DNA of 64,000 bases, taken from contig JBIKLL010000001.1 in NCBI GenBank assembly GCA_044359815.1, forward strand, positions 1-64,000, given 5' to 3'. The translations under genes were made by a program, and so were the position numbers. The notes below the pieces were generated by a model. The model made no database searches, was not told the DNA's origin, and saw only the letters and a program-made list of their open reading frames with translations. Below are positions 18,402 to 28,556 of the stretch, one piece after another. Position 1 is the first letter of the stretch, and each line of letters begins with the position of its first letter. This DNA is from Pseudobdellovibrionaceae bacterium. Its GTDB lineage: Bacteria; Bdellovibrionota; Bdellovibrionia; Bdellovibrionales; Bdellovibrionaceae.

Positions 18402-19553
18402 TTGGTTAGAATCTCAATAAAATTCATTGGTATTTGTTTTTTATTTGCCTGCTTGAATGTTTGGGCTCAGTTTCATCAAACTAATTTTTGGCGCAAATTA
18501 TATCCCCACAGTAAATCCACAATAGTCAACCAAGCTGATATTTTATTTGTGATTGATAACTCATTCAGCACGGACTCCTATCACAACAATTTAGACAGCC
18601 GACTCAGCAACTTTATTTCCCAACTCACTGGCATTGACTATCGAATTGCAGTCACAACGAGTGGTGTTTTATGCAACGGCGGAAGATATTTACTACCTGT
18701 GCCGCCTGCCTATAATAATCCACCTACAGCAGGTGATATGGTTTTAACAGATATTGGTGGTGGAAATGGAAGTAATTGTGTTTTTGATCCAGCTTACACT
18801 GCAGCAACAACTCCGAATTACTACAGCGTTCTAGGGACCAACGAATCCTATGGTCGGTACATTATGGATGGACTTATAATGCCTCTTAAAAATTCTCCGG
18901 GATTTTGGATTACAAACACCACCCCTTCGGCACAATTGGTTTTAGGTGACACTATCGTAGAAACGGGAGTTCAGGGGTCGTGGTCAGAACAATCCATTAA
19001 AGCTGTTTACAGAGCCGTATACCGCAGCCAATTGAATGATATTAATGGATACAATATTAACAATATTAATTTTTTCAGACCGTCGGCGTCTTTTATCGTC
19101 ATCATGTTGTCAGACGCCACAGAATCAGGAATTTTACCCGACAACCAAGCTGTGAATTTAAAAAACTATGTTGACTCTGTTTGGCCTCAAAAAAACTTTC
19201 ACTACCATTCAATTTATAATGCTAATTGGGATCAAAATCCTCCCTGCGAATCCCTCAGAGGATTGCTCGAATCCTGCACCTTAGGTCAATATACACAAAT
19301 AACAAATCTGACGAACGGAATTTTTTGGGACATTGATAACGGAAACTATACCACACCAATGTCAAATATGGGCGCCCAAGTCCGAGCCGCTTCAAGGGTC
19401 GTAAAGCTTGACTGTGTTCCTTATTCTGGAGTTACCGTGACAGGCCCCGGAGCCATCCCAACCTATACAGTTGCTGGAAATGTGGTTACTTTTGCAACCA
19501 ATTTTACAACGCCGGGATCCTACACTTTTAATTACAGATGCAGGACTCCTTAG
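18402..19553 (+). CDS. secreted vWA-like domain protein
   Basis: DILFVIDNSFS MIDAS-like motif; DYRIAVTT; FFRPSASFIVIMLSD. Confidence 0.75.
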   Translation: MVRISIKFIGICFLFACLNVWAQFHQTNFWRKLYPHSKSTIVNQADILFVIDNSFSTDSYHNNLDSRLSNFISQLTGIDYRIAVTTSGVLCNGGRYLLPVPPAYNNPPTAGDMVLTDIGGGNGSNCVFDPAYTAATTPNYYSVLGTNESYGRYIMDGLIMPLKNSPGFWITNTTPSAQLVLGDTIVETGVQGSWSEQSIKAVYRAVYRSQLNDINGYNINNINFFRPSASFIVIMLSDATESGILPDNQAVNLKNYVDSVWPQKNFHYHSIYNANWDQNPPCESLRGLLESCTLGQYTQITNLTNGIFWDIDNGNYTTPMSNMGAQVRAASRVVKLDCVPYSGVTVTGPGAIPTYTVAGNVVTFATNFTTPGSYTFNYRCRTP

Positions 19554-19676
19554 ATAAACTTTCGAAGTTATTTTTAAAATTCAAATTAGCTAAAGCGTAG
19601 CGGGCCAGCTAAAATCACTTCTATACTACCGGTGTGAGTTAGTGATTGCACAGGTCGACAAAAACGAGCATTCCGA

Positions 19677-21116
19677 TTAAAACGAGCCCTCGCATTTAGC
19701 TTTTTGCTGTTGATTCCATAGTTTTTGAAGGATTTTTTCTTGCGGAAAATAGGATCTTAAATAGGTTCTGTTTTTTAATTGATACTGAAAAGCCAACTCA
19801 GCTGCAGGGTAATAGATTAATAAAAAACCATTCACCAAGCTGACTTCGGGTTTGATAAAATCAATGTCTTTCAGGTAGGGAATTAAAAAATCCTCAGCAC
19901 CTTCTTTAGTGACTTTCACATTTCCATCGGAATCCATGGTGACCATATCCCCGCTTTTTGTCGCAAACAACAGCTGCGGCACCGGAAGGTTTGCCAAATA
20001 GAGATCATGCTTCTGCTTTTTAATCAGCTCTTCAGCGTCCCGTTCAAGGTTTTTTAATTCTATATCTTGATATTTGTCGTAGTCCCTCTTCCAATCAATC
20101 ATTTCAACAGAATGCAATTTTAGAACTTCTTTAAAAAACTGCATTTCTTTCTTTGCATTGAGCAACTCATCCAAAGTGTAATTTAACGGCAAGGCTTGAA
20201 TTTCACCTAGCAACTGAAGTGCTTGTTCTTTTGTTGAATTTGGATCCCTGTGAATTAACGAAGCAAAACTTAAAACCCTGGAAAGCCCCTTAAAACCAGG
20301 TTCCTGCCGGATAAGATTTAAAACTTTTTTCTCGAACGCGCCGATTGTTCTACGGCTTAATGCTTGTTCGAAATACATACCCAAAGCTCTGTCCAAAATC
20401 AAAACCTGCTCGCGGTTATTAAACAGCTTTGCTCCATCGTGCCATTCATAATTTTTAATAAAGGCATAGGCAAAAACTTCGAAAAACAATGGGTTTTTAT
20501 AATTTCCCGACATGCCTACAATCGATTTTTCTAATTGTTGCCTTAGTGTTGCCTGCGCTGGATCAATCTTCAGACTACGGTCTTTTGAATTAAAAAACAC
20601 AAAGGAGGAAAACTGAATTTCAGACAGCTCATGCAAGGCTTTGATAGCTGAACCCAGTTGCTGAAAATCATATATCGATTGATGAAACAACTTTCTTTCA
20701 GCCAGGGTGATGTCTTTGATTTGCAAAATCTTTTCATAACGGCTTTCCATAAGCTTTCTGTAATGATCCACTGAATCCATGACATCGGCCAGGGTCGCCA
20801 GTTCATTGATCTCATTTTCCAATAAAATTCTGGTTAAAAAATCTGTGCCATCCCAGGTAACATCCAAGTGCCACTGAACCTTAATCATATCGGTCAGCAC
20901 GTACTGAGTCAGCTTATCAACCTCAGCTGCGTGTTCGACAACCTGTGGCCTGATCCCTTCTGGATTTTGAGCCCTCAAAGAACTGATGGGAAAAATAATT
21001 GATAAACAAACGCAGTAACAGACCAACAACTTTGTTTTTGAAATTGAGAAAATCGAATAATTAGACTGTCGTTTCTGCCACAGAATGCGCACCTTTAAAT
21101 CCCCCTCAGAATCCAA
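19677..21116 (-). CDS. hypothetical protein, probably exported
   Basis: 479 aa helical-looking ORF with an N-terminal hydrophobic segment; start uncertain. Confidence 0.7.
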   Translation of the reverse strand: MDSEGDLKVRILWQKRQSNYSIFSISKTKLLVCYCVCLSIIFPISSLRAQNPEGIRPQVVEHAAEVDKLTQYVLTDMIKVQWHLDVTWDGTDFLTRILLENEINELATLADVMDSVDHYRKLMESRYEKILQIKDITLAERKLFHQSIYDFQQLGSAIKALHELSEIQFSSFVFFNSKDRSLKIDPAQATLRQQLEKSIVGMSGNYKNPLFFEVFAYAFIKNYEWHDGAKLFNNREQVLILDRALGMYFEQALSRRTIGAFEKKVLNLIRQEPGFKGLSRVLSFASLIHRDPNSTKEQALQLLGEIQALPLNYTLDELLNAKKEMQFFKEVLKLHSVEMIDWKRDYDKYQDIELKNLERDAEELIKKQKHDLYLANLPVPQLLFATKSGDMVTMDSDGNVKVTKEGAEDFLIPYLKDIDFIKPEVSLVNGFLLIYYPAAELAFQYQLKNRTYLRSYFPQEKILQKLWNQQQKAKCEGSF

Positions 21117-21164
21117 AACAAAACAGGAGGCGATCCTAATAAAGGAACTTTCAAAAAGCCAGAA

Positions 21165-21500
21165 TTATTCCAAGAACATTAAGCCCAGTTTTTGGACCCC
21201 ATCATCAAGCTCCACAGACCAGCGAATTTCGGCTAATAGAGGGCTAAGCTCCCCTACCTTTACTTTAACTTTATCGCCTGTCACAAACAGCAGAGCGTTA
21301 ACAATGACTAGCGAACAACCTTTAAAACTCTCGGTCACTACCAAGGCCCGAAACTCAGGGGCAAAATCTTTTTTCTTGGGGCGAATGTCGATCAATGCAA
21401 AAGTGCCGGGGTCAGAAAAAAATCTTATACCTTTTCGCTTATTTTTTGCGGATTTATTTTTTGAGTCTGATGAATTTTTTTGATTTGCGGTGATGGCCAT
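21165..21500 (-). CDS. PilZ-like domain protein
   Basis: RKGIRF (RxxxR) and ESFKGC (D/ExSxxG-like) motifs; C-terminal LGLMF. Confidence 0.65.
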   Translation of the reverse strand: MAITANQKNSSDSKNKSAKNKRKGIRFFSDPGTFALIDIRPKKKDFAPEFRALVVTESFKGCSLVIVNALLFVTGDKVKVKVGELSPLLAEIRWSVELDDGVQKLGLMFLE

Positions 21501-21752
21501 AAAAGCTCCTTGTAAATGTGATCATTTCATTGCAACAAACAGCTTAAAAATTGTCTAATTAATTATCAAAAAACGGACAGTTCAATTAGTCGCATCTGAA
21601 GCGCCCAAATTAGTCAGTAAATAACAAACATTTCTAAAAAGCCCCAACCGCAACGGCCTCAGAGGGGCTATAATACTGGTATGGGTCTGGCAGTGAAAGG
21701 ACTGGTAACTGATTTTAAAACGACCAAGACAGTTCTTTAAAAGGAGGACTTT

Positions 21753-21989
21753 ATGAAGAAAATCCTAACGTTGACGATCGCTGTGATTATGGTGTCAGCA
21801 GTAAGCTGCTCCAAAAAATCAACAGTGAAAACCGATGTTCCTGCTGATGCAGAAACAACAGCGGCTCAAACTATACCTGCAGAAGCCACTCAACCGGCTG
21901 AACAAACTCCTGTTGCTCAGGCATCGACTCAAACAGCTGCCACAAACATGAAATCATTGGGCGCAAGCTCCAGTGGTCTTGGACACTAA
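21753..21989 (+). CDS. small low-complexity lipoprotein
   Basis: GGAGG RBS; lipobox AVSC; A/T/Q/P-rich. Confidence 0.8.
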   Translation: MKKILTLTIAVIMVSAVSCSKKSTVKTDVPADAETTAAQTIPAEATQPAEQTPVAQASTQTAATNMKSLGASSSGLGH

Positions 21990-21997
21990 TCTGTTTA

Positions 21998-22849
21998 TCA
22001 GAAAAAATTGACGATTCGGGATCCCTTTAAGGGATCCTGTTCGTTTAACGCCTTGTTAAAATCATCTTCGCACTTTTCATCCAGCAGAGCTTCCACACTG
22101 CTGACCAAATTTTTAAAACTATCTGCCTGATACAATAAGTCCTTGGAAACAATAAATCCCAATCCCTTTTGAGCTTTTTTAAGTTCATCAATAAAATAGG
22201 TCTCAGAAACACAAGAAAACAATCCCAGCAATTTAAGCTGACCAGAACTTCTGGATGCGATCGATTCTGCCATGTGTTTCAATCCTTCCCTATTTTCTTT
22301 GTAGGGATCCATTTTGACCATATTGGTCTTTGACAGTATCGGTGGATGAAAATCAGGTCCTCCGCCACTTCTGGAATGCCCGTTGTAAAACACCACATCA
22401 GAATTCTGAAGCTCATGTTTAAATTGTTCTTTGACTCTGTCACTGATCCAAGACTGGTAATTGAACGACTGGTTTTTATCATCATCAGGGCTGACAGAAC
22501 TGGAGTGCACAGAGATCATCACATCAACCCAATAGCCGGCCTTGACCTTGATTCTTTTAGTATAAGATTCATTTTTAGGATCCCATTTAAAATCACAAAA
22601 TTTCTGCCCCAATCCACATTGTTTACCAATACGGTCGATAAGCTGCAGCTTTTCGTAAAAATCTGCAACAAACCGTGCTGGCCGCGCATCCTTGTAACCA
22701 AAAAATATAGACAGTTTTAACTTTCGATTTTTATATAGATCAGAGTATTTGTCAGAACAAAGGTGAAGCTTTAGGTCTTGAACTTTAAAATTATAAATCA
22801 GGGCTCCAACAAATAAAGCGACAACTAAAATCCCAAGAAGCTTTTTCAT
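21998..22849 (-). CDS. membrane-anchored protein, possible clan CD peptidase-like fold
   Basis: N-terminal TM segment; VVFYNGHS and LGLFSCVS. Confidence 0.6.
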   Translation of the reverse strand: MKKLLGILVVALFVGALIYNFKVQDLKLHLCSDKYSDLYKNRKLKLSIFFGYKDARPARFVADFYEKLQLIDRIGKQCGLGQKFCDFKWDPKNESYTKRIKVKAGYWVDVMISVHSSSVSPDDDKNQSFNYQSWISDRVKEQFKHELQNSDVVFYNGHSRSGGGPDFHPPILSKTNMVKMDPYKENREGLKHMAESIASRSSGQLKLLGLFSCVSETYFIDELKKAQKGLGFIVSKDLLYQADSFKNLVSSVEALLDEKCEDDFNKALNEQDPLKGSRIVNFF

Positions 22850-23586
22850 TTCTTTTGCTCCGTTGGCTTTTTAGTTGGATTTTCAAAAACAAAATATTTT
22901 TGGCAGTAATCAGACACTTGAGAATCTTTTTGGCAAACAAACTTAACCCAACGGCTTTCTGATTTTTTCAGTTTTCGTGACTGGGCTAATTCTAAAATTC
23001 TGGGTCTGTGCACAGGTTCAAGTTTAAAATAGCGTTTTTTAACACTCAGAAAATAGCTGTTCAGTTCTGGCTCCCCGATGCTTTCCAAATGAAACAGCAA
23101 CGATTGAAGTAAAAGCTGGTTTTTATTCTCCAGCAAAGTTAAAAAAAATTCTTCGGGCAGTGGTTTTCTAGCAATCGAAAAAAAATCCAGCATCACAACC
23201 AGATTTGTGATTGAATGCTTTTTTTTAAAATACGTCGGGATCAGCTTTAAATAGGCTTGTGATATAGTCTCATAGCTTTCAGGACTTAAAAAAGCATTTA
23301 CCGCTAAGGCCACAGAACCCGTTTCGTCATCACTGACTCGACTTAACAGCGGAGAAATAAAAATAGGATCGTTAAAGGCCACCATCACATCCAATGCCAA
23401 AGCCCGATTGACACCTTTTAGTTCAAAAACTAAATCCTTAGGGTTTTTAAAAATTTCTTTTAAATGGCTGACTGCTTCTGCCCTTGTTGACCTGGTTTCG
23501 CCAATTAATTCGCGGGCATAAAATGTCCAGTGCTCAGAGGCTAATGATGTGCCACTCATTAATATAAAACTAATGATCAAATGCAT
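22846..23586 (-). CDS. secreted helical hypothetical protein
   Basis: AGGAG RBS; signal peptide; ATGA overlap with the downstream gene. Confidence 0.75.
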   Translation of the reverse strand: MHLIISFILMSGTSLASEHWTFYARELIGETRSTRAEAVSHLKEIFKNPKDLVFELKGVNRALALDVMVAFNDPIFISPLLSRVSDDETGSVALAVNAFLSPESYETISQAYLKLIPTYFKKKHSITNLVVMLDFFSIARKPLPEEFFLTLLENKNQLLLQSLLFHLESIGEPELNSYFLSVKKRYFKLEPVHRPRILELAQSRKLKKSESRWVKFVCQKDSQVSDYCQKYFVFENPTKKPTEQKK

Positions 23587-23655
23587 TTGTGTGGAATGCT
23601 CCTATGAGCAAATATTCTTAAGTCTTAAAAGCGCTTTGCCAACAAAAACCTGAGC

Positions 23656-24354
23656 TTATTCAGCAATCCGCTTTTGTTTTGAGACATTGCGAGTGGATAG
23701 TTGCCAATCATTTTTGCATTTTTTGAGCATTTCGACAAAAAGCTTGTGGGTGCAGTTGATGGATTCATGGATTTTCATTAAGCGACCTGGGTCAACCATA
23801 TCCAAAACCTTCGTGATGTGTTCCGAATGGATTTTGCAAACTTGAGTGTGTGCAATTAAAAACGAACATGATATGGCTCCGTGGACCTTGACCAGTCGAC
23901 TTAAAATCTCTTTGCCGATCACAGAACTCATGGATTCAAAATACAAGGTATCCCCAATAAAACACAGGGGCTCGACTTCGTGGATAAAATAATACTGACT
24001 TCTGAAAATCTGTTTTGTCTCGTGAAACTGAGCCAATTTATCTGTGTAAAAACCAACCCTTTTTATGTCCTGAGAAATTTTGGCTTCTTGGTCAAACGCA
24101 TCCACGGCATGATTGATTATATACTGGTAAATGGCAGGATCTCGTCTGGCACATTTAGCTGCAGCCAATTTAAACATGGGCACTGTTTCCTCTACCAACA
24201 GGCGCATTTGCCCCAGCCATATGCCATAAAATTGGGGCGAATCCCACGGAAGCTCTCGGGTTAATACATTTAATTCAACGCTATGGCTGAGGATTGATTT
24301 TAGAATCGGTTCCATTTTTGACATGACAAAATCAGTGTGCCCGCGTTCAATCAA
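23656..24354 (-). CDS. heme-oxygenase-like fold protein, degenerate
   Basis: LPWD...FY..WL.Q, SQYYFI...P and SFL..H patterns of iron-containing redox enzyme-like proteins. Confidence 0.6.
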   Translation of the reverse strand: MIERGHTDFVMSKMEPILKSILSHSVELNVLTRELPWDSPQFYGIWLGQMRLLVEETVPMFKLAAAKCARRDPAIYQYIINHAVDAFDQEAKISQDIKRVGFYTDKLAQFHETKQIFRSQYYFIHEVEPLCFIGDTLYFESMSSVIGKEILSRLVKVHGAISCSFLIAHTQVCKIHSEHITKVLDMVDPGRLMKIHESINCTHKLFVEMLKKCKNDWQLSTRNVSKQKRIAE

Positions 24355-24733
24355 AATTGTAAATAAATTTTTGCTTATTATGCATAAGCCAAAATTAACT
24401 TATCATTCAGATTTAGGGGTATGTACTGGGATATTTTTGCACTAGTAAAATCTTGTCAAGTGACTCAAACACCGACTTTGCGGACTGAATTTGCGTCCCA
24501 CCGTGCATCTGTTCGGAATCAAACAAATAACTGCAAACAATCAGCAACAGCACCATTGCCTGGTTTTGACAACGGCAATTACAGTCAATAGTGGAATGAT
24601 ATTTTCTTGGGCAAAAGGCAGTGTGTCAGTAGCAGTCATTTATACCAATGACCTGTGTCGAGACTTGTAACCGGGTTTGATCCTGGGTCTGATGTTAACA
24701 CAATTTTTAGATTCTTAAAGGAGAGGGGAACCT

Positions 24734-25762
24734 ATGAAGAATTTGCTGCCAATGTTTGCTTTATCCATTGGATTATTAATTCCACAGGCTCAAGCCAAAA
24801 AGTTTTATCCAATATATATTAGTCCTTCTGATCTGGCGCTTGAGCCAGAGGTCACAGATATTTACGCAAAACTTAACGTTAAATTATCCGACGATCGTTG
24901 GAATTTTGTAACAGTCGGACGGCAGGACAAATATGTTCAAATCGAAAAAATTGTCGTCGATATGATGATGGATTTAAAAAAATCTGTATTAAATCAAACT
25001 CCAGCCTACGTGCCTGGCTCAGAACAACTGTTTAATCATTTTAACGCCTATAAACCTAATTATTCCTCATTGATAAAAATTGATGGAGTTCTGAATTTTA
25101 TCACGGGAGCCTTATTGTTAATGCCCCCAGGTCCAGGTTTTTTTATGACCGAGACAGGATCAAAACTACGAACAATCTTTTCGAAGTTAAGAAAAAATCC
25201 CACAGATAAAGCAAATCTTGAAAACTTAAATCACAACGAAAAAGAGTTGTTATCGGCCTATATGGGCGGATTGCTATGGAGACTCCGCGGCGGTGGTCTT
25301 TTAAAAAAGAGAGGCACTCAGCATATCAGAACATTTTATATCGGCTACGGTTTTCAGTCCCTCGGTAAGCTTGTGAATAAAAACATCGAAGAAATCACCC
25401 ACGCCTATCAATCCCAATTAGTTTATTATGGATGGGGAGAATTCTTTGATATCGGGTACAACCCAGCGCAAAGATCAGAAACCTATGACATGGTTAAAAT
25501 GACTGAACGAGGCCTGATCCAAGTTCGAACCTCGCTGCCCTATTTGAGGGATTTGAAAGGTCGCAGGGATACCCTGATTGCTTCAGGTTTACAGATGGGT
25601 CCTTGCTATTTTTGGTCTTGGCAAGAATTTAAGGGAGTTCAAGAATACCCCGAATTACAGCCGCCGTTTAGACCCTTTCTGCACGGATTCCCAACAAGCT
25701 GGGGTGAAGTCTGCACAGGCGCGGCCCTAGGCATCGGGCTTTACCGAACCTTCGCAAAATAA
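24734..25762 (+). CDS. secreted hypothetical protein
   Basis: GAGGGG RBS; signal peptide ending AQA. Confidence 0.8.
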   Translation: MKNLLPMFALSIGLLIPQAQAKKFYPIYISPSDLALEPEVTDIYAKLNVKLSDDRWNFVTVGRQDKYVQIEKIVVDMMMDLKKSVLNQTPAYVPGSEQLFNHFNAYKPNYSSLIKIDGVLNFITGALLLMPPGPGFFMTETGSKLRTIFSKLRKNPTDKANLENLNHNEKELLSAYMGGLLWRLRGGGLLKKRGTQHIRTFYIGYGFQSLGKLVNKNIEEITHAYQSQLVYYGWGEFFDIGYNPAQRSETYDMVKMTERGLIQVRTSLPYLRDLKGRRDTLIASGLQMGPCYFWSWQEFKGVQEYPELQPPFRPFLHGFPTSWGEVCTGAALGIGLYRTFAK

Positions 25763-25807
25763 AACACAACTGCGGAAAAGCAAGAGCGCAAAACGGACGA
25801 TTAAAAC

Positions 25808-26197
25808 CAACGGCATTTAGATTTTATATTTTTAAATATTTCTTTGTTTCTATACCTTTTGAATACTTGCTAACGGCCGCAAGCTCATCTCTCGTATTGC
25901 ATAAATGCAAAGACAATTTGTTTTTACTGTTTTTAGACACATGCAGCGAGCGCGCGGGGCATATCTGGTGTTGAGTCATTTAGATTAATCAGTTTTATGA
26001 TAATTTATTAATCGTATTACTGATTAATCTAAATGACTCAATACGAGAGATGAGCCCGCGGCCGTTAGCGAGTGTCTAAAAATAGTGAAAAAAATTATCT
26101 TTGCATTTACGCAACACCAGATATGCCATGCGCGTCCGCAAATGTATTCAAAAGGTATAGAAACAAAGAAATATTTTTTAAAATCTAAATGCCGTTG
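25808..26197. repeat. about 390-bp nested inverted-repeat (rod-like) element E1 with two type-B bipartite cores
   Basis: Perfect stems 25808-25826/26179-26197, 25834-25866/26144-26176 and 25971-25993/26019-26041; near-perfect stem 25897-25940/26072-26114. Confidence 0.92.
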
Positions 26198-27154
26198 TTA
26201 GGCGCCGTCGGTTTTAAGATCGCAGTGGTACTGGTTGCCAACCTCGATCTGCACGGTTGAATGGTGAATGTGGTATTTTTGATTCATGGTCTGGGTGATA
26301 GCCTGGATCACTTTGTTTTCGGGATCAGCCTGTTTGATCACAACGTGGGCCGATAACGCCACATCATTGGAACTCATTGCCCAGATGTGCAGATCATGAA
26401 CCTCAACAACTGAGGGTATTTCACTGATGGATTGTTTCACTTTTAATGGATCAATATGGCTTGGCACTGCATTCATCACAAGTTTAAGTGATTCTTTAAG
26501 TAAACCCCATGAACCCCATAAAATCACGGCACAGATAACCAAGCTGACTGCTGGATCGATCCAATTCACCCCGGTAAAATGGATCAGAACTCCTGCTGCT
26601 ACTACACCCGCTGAAACCAAGGCATCTGCCAGCATATGCCAAAAGGCTCCCTTTAAATTGAGATCTTTGTGGGCATCCCTTGAAAATAAAAATGCAGTGA
26701 AGGCGTTGACCACGATTCCGATTGCAGCCACCCAAATCATTAACTCAGTCTGTACAGGGGTTGGGTTTAGTAAACGCTGAAAGGCTTGCAGCAATAAGGC
26801 CCCTGTTAGCACCGAAAGCGTCAGTCCATTGATGAGTGCCGAAATGATAGAGGATTTTTTAAATCCAAAGGTGAATCTGGAACTGGCTTTACGATTTGAA
26901 AGCCAAAAGGCCCCCCAAGCCAAAATCAAACTGCCCACGTCACCCAAATTGTGACTGGCGTCTGAAATCAAAGCCAGAGAATCAGAACTGAATCCAGCGA
27001 TGAATTCTATGATTACAAAACTTAGGTTTAATAAAATCCCCGTAAAAAACAAGGCATTGTAGTTACTGACTTGGTGATGGTGATGACCGTGATGACTGTG
27101 GTGATGGTCATGGCTATGGCTATGATTATGATCGTCTTTGTGCTTTACCGGCAT
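26198..27154 (-). CDS. cation diffusion facilitator (CzcD/ZitB-like metal exporter)
   Basis: His-rich N-terminus; SLALISDASHNLGD, HMLAD and VHDLHIW motifs. Confidence 0.94.
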   Translation of the reverse strand: MPVKHKDDHNHSHSHDHHHSHHGHHHHQVSNYNALFFTGILLNLSFVIIEFIAGFSSDSLALISDASHNLGDVGSLILAWGAFWLSNRKASSRFTFGFKKSSIISALINGLTLSVLTGALLLQAFQRLLNPTPVQTELMIWVAAIGIVVNAFTAFLFSRDAHKDLNLKGAFWHMLADALVSAGVVAAGVLIHFTGVNWIDPAVSLVICAVILWGSWGLLKESLKLVMNAVPSHIDPLKVKQSISEIPSVVEVHDLHIWAMSSNDVALSAHVVIKQADPENKVIQAITQTMNQKYHIHHSTVQIEVGNQYHCDLKTDGA

Positions 27155-27786
27155 TTAATGAGTATATAGGGAAGCTCCTCAGACTGGGTAGACCCATCTT
27201 TAAATTGATAACCTAAATCCCTAACAACCATTAATGATGAACCGGTAATCAATCCCACACCATTGTAGTTTTCAGTGATAAAATCATCTTCGTTAGCAGA
27301 GCACGAAACATAAAAAAATCCTGATCTGCTAATCCCTGATTTTTGAGTTCCCACGTAAACCGCGATGGGCTCAACCCGTGAAGTGCTCAGTTCAATCGTT
27401 TCAATTAAATTCGCATCCATTGATTGAATGGGGTCAGCGTTGCTGTTGCAAACAACCCGGGTGTACGGCTTTTGCTGTATCTGCATGGGGTCCATTTGGT
27501 TTTTTACTATAACTTTTGATCCTGGCATTAAACCAACCCCTGTGTTTTCATCCACAGTTAAAGTTTCACTTAAACATGTTATTTTAGATTGAATGAATTT
27601 TTCAGGAACTGTCAGCCTGGGATTGTACTGCATGGTCACCAGGGTATCTGAACCCTTATCTAGGGACTGTGTTAAAATGTTATTTTCATTCACCAGCACA
27701 TTACCCGCTTGTGGGTCATCAGATGATTTTGAGCATCCAACTACTACAACTGCTGTCATTAATGGGATTAAAATTCTGAACTTCAT
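27145..27786 (-). CDS. lipoprotein of unknown function
   Basis: GGAGG RBS; lipobox VVGC. Confidence 0.8.
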   Translation of the reverse strand: MKFRILIPLMTAVVVVGCSKSSDDPQAGNVLVNENNILTQSLDKGSDTLVTMQYNPRLTVPEKFIQSKITCLSETLTVDENTGVGLMPGSKVIVKNQMDPMQIQQKPYTRVVCNSNADPIQSMDANLIETIELSTSRVEPIAVYVGTQKSGISRSGFFYVSCSANEDDFITENYNGVGLITGSSLMVVRDLGYQFKDGSTQSEELPYILIKCR

Positions 27787-27947
27787 CCGGCCTCCAAAAT
27801 GGTTTTTTCGGGGTAATTACTGCAATCCTGTGGGTACAAATTATCTAAAAATAATCGCAGGTCTTAACCAATGCGATCTGCCACTGGACTCTGGATATAC
27901 AGCAATAGGGATGCCAAACGACCACTGATTAAACAGCTATAGGTAGC

Positions 27948-28556
27948 CTATTTGGATTTGTTTTGTTTTTGGTAATCTTTGACCTTAACAGGGTCTGGGG
28001 CCAACAGCAAAGTGGCTTGCTTGCCTTCCATTCTAGGAGGAGATTCGGCCAAAGAGACATTGCTTAGGGTCTCTACCACCTTATGCATTAGTGCCATTCC
28101 CAATTCCAGATGTGCTAATTCACGTCCCAAAAATCTCATGCTGACTTTGACCTTATCGCCTTCCAGGATAAATTCGCGAGCATGGCGCATTTTGGTTTCA
28201 AAATCGTGAACGTCGGTTCGAGGCCTCAGCTGAACTTCCTTAACCTGGACGATGACTTGTTTTTTGCGGGCCGCAGTGGCCTTTTTTTTGTTTTCGTATT
28301 TGTACTTGCCGTAATCCATGATTTTACAAGTAGGCGGAGTTGCCGTGGGAGCGATTTCAATTAAATCCAATCCCTTTTCCTCTGCCAATCGAACCCCTTC
28401 AGGAACAGTCATCACACCCAACATTTTACCTTCATCATCAATCACCCGAATTTGTGCCGCTCTGATTTCACGATTTACCCGCAGGCCATCGTCTTTTTTA
28501 TTTTTTCTGGGTCCAAAGTCTTTGCCTTTAATGTTTTTTTCAAATGGTTGATTGAT
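27948..28556 (-). CDS. infC: translation initiation factor IF-3 (ATC start)
   Basis: IF3 motifs PPTCKIMDYGKYKY and VKEVQLRP; frame is open upstream to ATC at 28556, 6 nt after GGAGG. Confidence 0.96.
   Translation of the reverse strand: MNQPFEKNIKGKDFGPRKNKKDDGLRVNREIRAAQIRVIDDEGKMLGVMTVPEGVRLAEEKGLDLIEIAPTATPPTCKIMDYGKYKYENKKKATAARKKQVIVQVKEVQLRPRTDVHDFETKMRHAREFILEGDKVKVSMRFLGRELAHLELGMALMHKVVETLSNVSLAESPPRMEGKQATLLLAPDPVKVKDYQKQNKSK

Noticed and set aside
22778..22796. 19-nt match TTGAACTTTAAAATTATAA to the palindrome at 14005-14023
   Set aside because: Very AT-rich and inside a coding region; plausibly chance in a window of this size.
25808..26204. Integron attC sites (GCCTAAC at the CDF stop; CTAAC/GTTAG in motif X; TTTAAC...GTTAGAG at 43772-43877)
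   Set aside because: No integrase, flanking genes are convergent rather than a cassette array, E1 is far longer than an attC, and no proper GTTRRRY partner box is present. A mechanistic analogy remains possible.
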